Shown here: piece by piece, positions 49,169 through 57,218 of the stretch
Position numbering within the stretch: the first letter of the stretch is position 1
How the letters are laid out: each line of letters opens with the position of its first letter
Source of the DNA: Anaerohalosphaeraceae bacterium
GTDB taxonomy: Bacteria > Planctomycetota > Phycisphaerae > Sedimentisphaerales > Anaerohalosphaeraceae
Direction of reading: 5' to 3'
Assembly (NCBI GenBank): GCA_963675525.2
Contig: CAXXSL010000011.1
Coordinates: 320,001-384,000, forward strand
Length of the DNA stretch: 64,000 nucleotides
Notes under the pieces: generated by a model
Seen by the model: the letters and a program-made list of their open reading frames with translations, nothing else
Database searches by the model: none
Told to the model about the DNA's origin: nothing
Position numbers and translations under genes: made by a program

Positions 49169-50972
49169 TTATTCGTTTTCAAGCTGATGGAGATGTTTTT
49201 GAACACGCAGATTCAGTTCATCCAGTTGTGACTGGTCCACATCGGACGGCGCTTCGGTCAGCAGACACTGGCCGCGTTGCGTTTTCGGAAACGCGATGAC
49301 GTCGCGGATATTTTCCGTTCCCGTCAGCAGCATCACCAACCGGTCCAGCCCGAACGCGATGCCTCCGTGCGGCGGGGCGCCGTATTCCAGTGCTCGCAGA
49401 AAGAAGCCGAAACGTTCCTGTGCCTGCTTCTTGGAAATGTTCAACAAGTCGAACACCTTGGCCTGTATATCGGGACGGTGAATACGAACCGACCCCCCGC
49501 CGACTTCCGACCCGTTGACGACCAGGTCGTAGGCCTGCGAACGAATATGACCGGGGTCCGTTTCCAGTTTGCCCATATCCTCTTCGACCGGACAGGTAAA
49601 CGGATGGTGCAGCGAATCGAACCGCTTGTCGTCTTCGTTCCACTCAAACAGCGGGAAATCCACGACCCACACAAATTTAAATTCTTTCGGGTCAAACAAC
49701 TCAAGTTCACGACCTAATCGAACACGCAACGGCGCTAACGCCTTATGTACCACATCAGCCTTGTCGGCGACGAACAGCATCAGGTCACCTTCATTAGCGC
49801 CAAACCGCTCGACCAACTGCGCCAGTTGTTCTTCCGTAAAGAACTTCGCAATACTGCTCTTCGGCATAACCTTGCCGGACTCATCTTTTTCGATTTTCAT
49901 CCACGCCAGCCCCTTGGCGCCATAGTCGCTGACAAATCCGGTCATCGTTTTTTCGATGTCGCTGCGGGAATATTTCGCCCCGCCCGGGGCACACAACCCC
50001 TTGACAATACCGCCCTTTTCAACGGTCGAGGTGAACACCTTGAAGGTGGTGTCTTTAGCGATATCGGAAATATCTTTAAGCTTCATCTCAAACCGCATGT
50101 CCGGCCGGTCAATGCCGTACTCGTCGATGGCCTGAGCATAACAGATACGCGGAATCGGCAGCGCCACATCGACGTCCAGTACTTCCTTAAAGATGCGGGC
50201 GATCACGCCTTCGTTCATCGCCATCACATCGTCTTCATCCACGAAAGCTCATCTCCACGTCGATTTGCGTAAACTCCGCCTGCCGGTCGGCTCGCGGGTC
50301 CTCATCGCGGAAACAGCGGACGATCTGGAAATAGCGGTCGGTGTTGGACACCATCAATATCTGCTTGAACAACTGCGGCGACTGCGGCAAGGCGTAAAAC
50401 GCGCCTTCGCACAAACGGCTCGGCACCAGAAAATCGCGTGCCCCTTCCGGCGTACTCTTGCCGAGCATCGGCGTTTCGATTTCCCAGAAACCGTTCTCGT
50501 CGTAATAGTCCCGCACGATTTTGGTCACCCGGTGGCGAACCGCCAACTTATTGAGCATGGCCGGACGACGCAGGTCGATGTAGCGGTATTGCAGACGCAG
50601 TTCCTCGTTGACTGCCTCGGCCGTATCGATTTCGAACGGCGGCGTCTTGGCGGTGTTCAGAACCTCCAGTTCTTTGACAAGCAGTTCGATTTGACCGGTC
50701 GCCAGTTTCGGGTTTTCCAGGCCTTCGCCGCGGGGTCGAACGGTGCCTTTGGCGGCGATAACCCACTCGCACCGCAGGGTACGGGAGATTTTGTGGGCCT
50801 CCGGGGCCGCTTCAGGGTCAAACACAAGCTGCACAAGCCCGTTTCGGTCGCGCAGGTCGATAAATACCAGATTTCCGTGGTCCCGATATGAGTTCACCCA
50901 ACCGGACAGAATGACGGTTTGGGTATCATTTTCAAGTCTCAATTGGCCGCAATTGTGCGTTCGTTTCAGCAT
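49169..50972 (-). CDS. aspS: Aspartate--tRNA(Asp/Asn) ligase, interrupted by a 1-nt frameshift near 50244-50246
   Basis: 5' part MLKRTHNCG...RDHG...STPEGARDF...[22 protein letters not shown]; 3' part VDEDDV...HHPF...GGGSVRI...GAPPHGG..GLDR...FPKT. Removing one A from AAA (50244-50246) fuses the two frames. Confidence 0.93.
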
Positions 50973-51120
50973 AGCTATCCCTTTTTCACAAATTTGGTGA
51001 TTTTCAAAGGCGTTAAGATACCCGAAACCCCCCTGCCCGTCAACGATATTCCCGATAACGCCCTCAAAACGGCAATTTGCGGGACGGATTTTTTGGGGTA
51101 GCGGCAATGCGATGTTTCTG

Positions 51121-51149
51121 TTGACATCTTGATTCCGGTTGGCTACATT
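51121..51149 (+). promoter_or_regulatory. Sigma70 promoter of the small membrane protein gene
   Basis: TTGACA-N17-TACATT. Confidence 0.55.
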
Positions 51150-51202
51150 ATTGATGAACAGGGTTGTGTTTATGTTAACCAAAGAAGAAAGAAGAGGGCC
51201 TT

Positions 51203-51409
51203 ATGGGTAAAAAAATTCTGCTGGCATTACGGGGCACGGCGATGATCGCCACTCTGGTTCTTGCGGTAATCGCAATCCTTTATGTGCTTGATATTTTCTC
51301 CGGGGAATACCTCCGCAATCTGGCTATCAAAACCATGGAAATCGTGGGAATCCTGACAGGTGTTTCACTGATCATCATCTTCCTGGTCGGCAATCACGAA
51401 AAGCCGTAA
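51203..51409 (+). CDS. Small two-TM hypothetical membrane protein
   Basis: 68 aa with two hydrophobic helices; GAGGG RBS; own promoter. Confidence 0.65.
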   Translation: MGKKILLALRGTAMIATLVLAVIAILYVLDIFSGEYLRNLAIKTMEIVGILTGVSLIIIFLVGNHEKP

Positions 51410-51455
51410 CACAAGCGGTTTAACATTCGACCATCAGTTCGTCAGGCCAAGCTAT

Positions 51456-51507
51456 AGTGACCCCCAGCTTGTCGAGCTGGTGCTCTAGCCAACTGAGCTA
51501 AACGCCC
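51456..51507 (-). tRNA. tRNA-Val(GAC), 3'-truncated (T-arm and 3' acceptor strand missing); probable pseudogene
   Basis: GGGCGTT TA GCTC-AGTTGGCTA-GAGC A CCAGC-TCGACAA-GCTGG GGGTC ACT, then unrelated sequence with no GTTC loop and no AACGCCC complement. Confidence 0.8.
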
Positions 51508-51534
51508 TCAAATGACATAAGTCATTAAGACGGA

Positions 51535-51565
51535 AATATATATACCAAAAGAAGGCATTTGTCAA
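51535..51565 (-). promoter_or_regulatory. Promoter of the tRNA-Val fragment
   Basis: TTGACA at 51560-51565 on the minus strand, then TATATA at a 17-nt spacer. Confidence 0.55.
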
Positions 51566-51631
51566 GGGGGAAAATTACAGGGAGAAATGCCTCTCTGCGG
51601 TCTGATAGCGGTAAACTCAAATGGTCTTTTG

Positions 51632-51660
51632 TTGAATATTCAGGATGGGAGTGGTAGAAT
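51632..51660 (+). promoter_or_regulatory. Sigma70 promoter
   Basis: TTGAAT-N17-TAGAAT with a TGn extension. Confidence 0.5.
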
Positions 51661-51730
51661 ATGGCATATGAGCCATGATGGTTTGAGGGAAAAGGGTTAA
51701 TCATGTTCTGTAACCGTTTAAAGGGTAAAG

Positions 51731-52141
51731 GTGAGCGAAATGATGGACAGATTTCAAACTATTATTATCTGTAGCATATTGTTTTGCCAGTTGAGTTGCA
51801 ATATGCCAAAACCATCACCCTATTTAGAGAAAGCAAGGATTGAGTATTACTCGAGTTTGGCAGAGCAATTAATTACTCGGGAGTTTCCTTATATTGATTT
51901 TGAAGACTTTCTTTGCTGTGATATATGGAAGGATGAGAGCAATAATACTCATATAAGTTACTCCAGAGACTCTGACAGAGAAGAGTTTGAAGGACAATTA
52001 AATTATTGTCATGACGATTTTATTAGAGAGACAATAACAGTTGTTATAACAGAGTCCAAAGAGATGCTATCTGTTTCAATTAAAAAACAAAGGAGGAGTC
52101 CTGAGTGTATCGATGGGCTTGAGGGCTTGACAGTTGAGTAG
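51731..52141 (+). CDS. Hypothetical protein, possible lipoprotein, AT-rich
   Basis: Hydrophobic N-terminus ending QLSC; visibly lower GC than core genes. Confidence 0.55.
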   Translation: MSEMMDRFQTIIICSILFCQLSCNMPKPSPYLEKARIEYYSSLAEQLITREFPYIDFEDFLCCDIWKDESNNTHISYSRDSDREEFEGQLNYCHDDFIRETITVVITESKEMLSVSIKKQRRSPECIDGLEGLTVE

Positions 52142-52154
52142 AGGCGATTTCATA

Positions 52155-52326
52155 TCACTCCCCCATCAACTCATCCAACACCTGCCTTGCCTTGTCCCTG
52201 TTGGCATCACTGACCTCATGCTATAATACTCGTGCAGGGTTTGGAGGTTTCGACCAACCACCTAACTCACAGAGGGTCTTGGGAGCAATCCCGTTCTGGA
52301 GCCGGATTACATACTCATCCCTTCTG
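52155..52326 (-). pseudogene. Tyrosine recombinase/integrase 3'-end remnant, copy A
   Basis: With frameshifts it reads NGIAPKTLCELGGWS..TLHEYY..VSDANRDKARQVLDELMGE*; near-identical to copies B and C. Confidence 0.78.
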
Positions 52327-52361
52327 ATCAGGACAAAACCGCTCTTGTAACTGTTTTTCCA

Positions 52362-52390
52362 TTGACACGATTGAGTGATGATGCTATATT
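52362..52390 (+). promoter_or_regulatory. Sigma70 promoter of the GH43-PL9 genes
   Basis: TTGACA-N17-TATATT with a TGn extension. Confidence 0.7.
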
Positions 52391-52550
52391 ATTTATATTG
52401 GCTTTTAACAGTGGGGGTTTTGCTCATAATGACTATATATTCTGTTCGTTTTTTTTTATTCCGGCATGTTTGGGATCAATCCGTTTCGCATGGAATGAAA
52501 ATAATTGATAACGAATGGATGGAAAAATTCACTCCGGGAGACGGATAGTG

Positions 52551-54437
52551 ATGGAAAAAATGAAACGATTCATGGCTTCACATGTGGTTGGAAAAAAAGT
52601 GTTTGTCTTATTTATGATTTGCGCTGTCAGTATAGCGTACTTTCCTGCTTCTGCTCAAGCGGCGCCGTATGATGGGTATCTCATGGCCCACTTTACCGGT
52701 GAAAGTTCAAATTATGGCGAGCAAATCTATTTTGCGATCAGCACCGATGGTTTGTATTGGACTGATCTCAATAATTCTCAGCCGGTGCTAACTGTACCTG
52801 CAAATTTAGGAGACGGCGGTGTGCGTGATCCGTCCCTGATCCGGTCCGCCGATGGTACGAAGTTCTGGATTCTTGCAACCGACTTATGTATTGGCTGCGG
52901 TACAGATTGGGGCACTGCCCAGCACAACGGCAGCACATCGCTGGTCATCTGGGAATCGTCCGATTTAGTGAACTGGTCCACCCCATGGCTGGCCGATGTG
53001 GCCGGCAGTATCCCGGACGCCGGTTGCGCGTGGGCGCCGGAAGCGATCTATGACGAAGCCAATGGAAACTATGTCGTCTATTGGGCCACTATTTCACCGC
53101 TGGATGGTGTTGATAAAGCCAGAATATATTACGCGACGACAACCGATTTTGTGAATTTTTCATCGCCGCAGATGTACATTAACCGCCCCGGATCCTACGG
53201 CATTATTGACACACAGATCCTTAAAGCAGCAAACAGTACCTATCAATATTACCGGGTATCCCGTGATACATATATGGGTTATGACTCTGTCACGGTTGAA
53301 GGCAACAATTCCATCTTCGGTAGTTGGACAGAAATCGGGGACATCCATAATTTAGTAAGCTCTTGGTCGGAAGGCCCCATATTATATAAGTTCAACGATG
53401 CTAACCAATGGTGTCTGATGGTCGATGTTACCGCAGGCGGCTACCTTCCTTTGGTATCAACGGACTTGTCTGTTATGGGCACGTATAGTGTACTGAACTC
53501 TTCGCAGTACAATCTGGGCGCCGACCGCAAACGCCACGGCAGCATCCTGAATATCACGACTGCTGAGTATAATGCTATTTTGGCAAATTGGCCGCTTCCG
53601 GCACCTCCGCAGCTTGGGGATGGCGTCATTGAGTCATATAATCAACCCGGCTACTACATTAACAATCAAGGTATAGGCGCGCAGGCCGAGATTGTGCTTA
53701 ATGCTGATCTTCTGAATTCAGGACAATGGAACATTGTCGCGGGCCTGGCCGACCCCACTTTCGGGATCTCCTTCGAGTCCGTTGAACACCCGGGCTATTA
53801 TCTTCGCCATTACGCCTATGTTCTTTATCTAAACCAGAATGACGGTTCGAGTATATTTAAGAGTGATGCAACATTTTATGTCAAAGACGGTTGGGCGGAT
53901 TCAAGTCTGAACTCCTTTCAATCGTCTAATTATCCCGACCGATATATCCGCCATTCGGGTGTTGGGCTTAGGATAGATCCGATTGATGCCGCATCAACAG
54001 CCTCTGACAAGGCGGACGCAACTTTTAATGTGGTGTTTAACGCGCCGGCCGCACCAACATTGATGACGGCCGTCTCCGGTATCGGCAGTGTCAGTCTGGA
54101 TTGGAATGACAATATTGAAAGCAATCTTAGCGGCTACACTATCTATCGCTCCCAAACACAAGGCGGGCCTTACACGCTGATTCAGAATGTCACCGCGAGC
54201 CAGTATGTGGACAACACTGTTAATAACGGCACAACGTATTATTACGTCGTCACCGCAGAAAATACGTCCGCTAATGAATCCGGCTACAGCAATGAAGACT
54301 CCGCTTTACCTCCTGATCTAACGGATGATGATAAAATCAATTTAGAGGATTTTGCTAAAGTTGCTGAAGCATGGTTAACAACTCATGACATGACTGACTT
54401 GTCGGTGGTTGCTGAAAACTGGCTGCTTGGTATTTGA
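52551..54437 (+). CDS. Secreted GH43 hydrolase + CBM42/AbfB-like module + Fn3 + dockerin-like tail (probable arabinofuranosidase)
   Basis: GYLMAHFTGE, GVRDP, ATDL, AWAPEA, IIDT, SEGP, RHGS; CBM42 GLAD...SFES...PGYYLRH...DATF; Fn3 TYYYVVTA; DFAKVAEAWL. Start uncertain (52515-52560). Confidence 0.85.
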   Translation: MEKMKRFMASHVVGKKVFVLFMICAVSIAYFPASAQAAPYDGYLMAHFTGESSNYGEQIYFAISTDGLYWTDLNNSQPVLTVPANLGDGGVRDPSLIRSADGTKFWILATDLCIGCGTDWGTAQHNGSTSLVIWESSDLVNWSTPWLADVAGSIPDAGCAWAPEAIYDEANGNYVVYWATISPLDGVDKARIYYATTTDFVNFSSPQMYINRPGSYGIIDTQILKAANSTYQYYRVSRDTYMGYDSVTVEGNNSIFGSWTEIGDIHNLVSSWSEGPILYKFNDANQWCLMVDVTAGGYLPLVSTDLSVMGTYSVLNSSQYNLGADRKRHGSILNITTAEYNAILANWPLPAPPQLGDGVIESYNQPGYYINNQGIGAQAEIVLNADLLNSGQWNIVAGLADPTFGISFESVEHPGYYLRHYAYVLYLNQNDGSSIFKSDATFYVKDGWADSSLNSFQSSNYPDRYIRHSGVGLRIDPIDAASTASDKADATFNVVFNAPAAPTLMTAVSGIGSVSLDWNDNIESNLSGYTIYRSQTQGGPYTLIQNVTASQYVDNTVNNGTTYYYVVTAENTSANESGYSNEDSALPPDLTDDDKINLEDFAKVAEAWLTTHDMTDLSVVAENWLLGI

Positions 54438-54518
54438 TATGTTCAATGCGATCGAAAAAATTACATTTTTTCCCGAACATGGTTTGGCTGTGGGAAGCCA
54501 ATTATTCGTGTAAACATC

Positions 54519-56849
54519 ATGGCTTGTGAAAAGCGATACAAATTACTGATGTTGTCTCTTTTACTGATGGCATCCTTTTGCGCTAATGCGAAAACAGTAT
54601 TTGTTGCTGTCAATGGCAGTGACACAAATACAGGGACAATTGACTTTCCTTTTGCTACTATTCAGCATGCCCAGAGTCAAGTCTCTGCAGGTGATACAGT
54701 CTATATACGCGGCGGAACGTATCGCATAACAGAGAGTCAGATCGCACGATATGAAAGCATCTGGGCCAAAGTGACATATCTTGATAAAAGCGGCACTCAA
54801 GGCAATCGCATCAAGTACTGGGCGTATCCCGGTGAAGAGCCGATTTTCGACCTCCAGGATATAACGCCGGCCAACTACAGAATTCACGCTTTTGCCGTAG
54901 CCGGCTCATGGATCCATATTAAGGGCATTACAGTGATTGGCGTTCAGGTGACGATCCTTGAACATACCCAGTCGGTATGCTTTTATAATACCGGCAGCAA
55001 TAACATCTACGAGCAGCTCATCATGCGAGATGGTCAGGCGATCGGCATATACGCGATAAAATCTGGCGGCAACAACCTTTTTCTCAACTGCGATGCATAT
55101 AATAACTGGGATTACACATCAGAAGATGGCAGAGGTGGAAACGTTGACGGTTTTGGTGTACATGTCTATGCTGGCGCTACCGGTAATGTCTTTAATGGCT
55201 GCCGGGCCTGGTTTAACAGCGATGACGGCTTTGATTGTATCAATACCGCAGAGCCCGCGGTTTTTAAGAATTGCTGGGCGATGTACAATGGTTATACACC
55301 GGATTTCACGAGTCGGGGCGACGGCAATGGCTTTAAAGTCGGCGGCTATGCCTATGCGCCGGCTTCAGAACTGCCAAATCCGATCCCAAGACATATTACT
55401 TTCGGCTGTATCGCTGTGGGTAACAAGGCTAACGGTTTCTATGCCAACCATCAGGTTGGGGGCAACGACTGGTACTTCAACTCGGCCTATAACAACGGCA
55501 ACAACTATAACATGCTCAGCAGGCTTGCGGATCCACCTGTGGATACGGATGGATATGATCATTACCTTGAAAACAATCTAGCCCACCGCAGTAATAACGT
55601 AACGAATATAGACACCTCCCTCTGTACACTGATCAACAACACTTTTGATGCGTCGTTTGGTGGTACCGTTTCAGATGGAAGCTTCATGAGCCTGGATGAA
55701 AGTCAACTGATTGCAGCTCGAAAATCAGACGGTTCACTCCCGGAGATTACCTTCCTTAAACCTGTCACGGATAGCGGACTGGAAGGTATGGGCTATTTCG
55801 CAAGGCCTCAGATGGAAGGGGATATCAATAATGACGGTTCAGTTGACTTGGAAGATTTGAAACTCTTAACCGACCAATGGCTGCAAAGTCCCGGTGTTCC
55901 TTCAGCAGATATCGCACCACCACTGACCGGTGACGGCGAAGTCAACATGCTGGACTTTGCGTTATTGGCTGAAAATTGGACAGGCCCCGATACGATACCG
56001 CCAGCGGCCCCGACAGGATTTTCGGCCATGGCGGGTTTCGGCAACATCTCGCTGGACTGGGACCATAACAGTGAAGTGGACCTCGATCATTATGTCGTTT
56101 ATCGCAGTACGATCAGCGGCAGCGATTATTCCATTATTGATGCCAATGTCGCTACCAGCAATTATGTTGACAATACGGTCAGCAACGACACGACGTACTA
56201 CTATGTCGTTACGGCGGTTGATAACAGCAATAATGAGAGCGATAACTCCGTTGAGGATTCGGCTGCGCCGCTGCAGGGTGTTGCTCCCAGTCTGGCGGAA
56301 AATAGTTTCGGCAACACCGATGCTCAAACGGGCATCAGTACATCGAAAACCTATACCCATAAGGTTGATCTAATTGCCGCAACGCCTGCTGCGATCAACG
56401 GTGTAACTTTCGACGCCGGCACATCCGGCAATAATCCGAGCCTCAATTATATCTTAAGCGGGCCCTCTGACACGCGGACCGGCATGGACAGCCCGGCCAT
56501 CGCTGGATCGGGGCTTCATGATCTACTGTCCTGTTTCGTCTATAAGGGCAATAATGGCGACCATACGTTAACGCTCTCTGGTTTAACCGGCGGTGCAACG
56601 TACACATTACGTCTGTATGTTGGCGGCTATTCCGGTCGAACCTTTACGTTTCATTGCGATAATCCCTTGTTTACGCAAGCCGGTCTCGACCGGGGTCTGG
56701 GCGACAGCGAAAACTGCGGCTCGTTCGACTTCACGTATACCCTTGCTCCCGACGACACCGATATCGCTATCAATATTGTAGCGGACGATGCTAACAATGT
56801 TTTTCACTGGTACGGATTTACCAATGAGCTGGTCACACTTCCTGACTGA
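54519..56849 (+). CDS. Secreted PL9-family polysaccharide lyase + dockerin-like + Fn3 + C-terminal beta-domain
   Basis: GTIDFPFATI, GDTVYIRGGTY, GGNVDGFG, CRAWFNSDDGFD, GDGNGFKVGG, ANGFYANH; GDINNDGSVDLED...DFALLAENW. Confidence 0.85.
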   Translation: MACEKRYKLLMLSLLLMASFCANAKTVFVAVNGSDTNTGTIDFPFATIQHAQSQVSAGDTVYIRGGTYRITESQIARYESIWAKVTYLDKSGTQGNRIKYWAYPGEEPIFDLQDITPANYRIHAFAVAGSWIHIKGITVIGVQVTILEHTQSVCFYNTGSNNIYEQLIMRDGQAIGIYAIKSGGNNLFLNCDAYNNWDYTSEDGRGGNVDGFGVHVYAGATGNVFNGCRAWFNSDDGFDCINTAEPAVFKNCWAMYNGYTPDFTSRGDGNGFKVGGYAYAPASELPNPIPRHITFGCIAVGNKANGFYANHQVGGNDWYFNSAYNNGNNYNMLSRLADPPVDTDGYDHYLENNLAHRSNNVTNIDTSLCTLINNTFDASFGGTVSDGSFMSLDESQLIAARKSDGSLPEITFLKPVTDSGLEGMGYFARPQMEGDINNDGSVDLEDLKLLTDQWLQSPGVPSADIAPPLTGDGEVNMLDFALLAENWTGPDTIPPAAPTGFSAMAGFGNISLDWDHNSEVDLDHYVVYRSTISGSDYSIIDANVATSNYVDNTVSNDTTYYYVVTAVDNSNNESDNSVEDSAAPLQGVAPSLAENSFGNTDAQTGISTSKTYTHKVDLIAATPAAINGVTFDAGTSGNNPSLNYILSGPSDTRTGMDSPAIAGSGLHDLLSCFVYKGNNGDHTLTLSGLTGGATYTLRLYVGGYSGRTFTFHCDNPLFTQAGLDRGLGDSENCGSFDFTYTLAPDDTDIAINIVADDANNVFHWYGFTNELVTLPD

Positions 56850-56968
56850 GACACAATTATTTGCATCGGACAAGCTAAATGATGTTTAGTAACCAATTAA
56901 ATGGAAAGTCTCAGTTTATTTGTCTACTTTTAATATTATCTTCTGCCGCCAGTTTTGCTATTCTCTGG

Positions 56969-57180
56969 CCTTGCCTTGTCCTTGTTGGCATCACTGACCT
57001 TAGTGTAATACTCATACAGAGTCGAAGAACTCGACCATCCACGAAGCTCACAGAGGGTCTTAGGAGCTATGCCATTCTCAGCCAGATTACATGCCCAACT
57101 TTTTCCGAGAGAGTGCAGACATAATTTGTCTGTAGTCTGAATTCCTGCTCTTTTGCAGAGTGTTTGGAAAACTTATTCAT
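56969..57180 (-). pseudogene. Tyrosine recombinase/integrase 3'-end remnant, copy B (longest)
   Basis: Reads LCKRAGIQTTDKLCLHSLGKSWACNLAENGIAPKTLCELRGWSSSSTLYEYYTKVSDANKDKAR: HxLR box (R to G), GW and the catalytic Y region. Confidence 0.82.
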
Positions 57181-57218
57181 TTTACATCTCATGCGGCCCT
57201 TATATGGAACGACTTTTG

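Noticed and set aside
50235..50237. Selenocysteine or stop readthrough at the aspS UGA
   Set aside because: Readthrough would not restore the protein, because the continuation is in a different frame.
50973..51182. 70-aa N-terminal extension of AspS
   Set aside because: The family-typical start MLKRTH has an AAAGGG RBS; the upstream region holds promoter sequence.
51057..51512. 12-bp direct repeat AACGCCCTCAAA (51057-51068 and 51501-51512) as attL/attR
   Set aside because: It is short, does not coincide with the tRNA breakpoint at 51456 and has no other support; it may be chance.
56879..57124. 81-aa + strand ORF (and the 59643..59840 and 59718..59909 ORFs) as real genes
   Set aside because: They overlap integrase remnants B and C and are explained by them.
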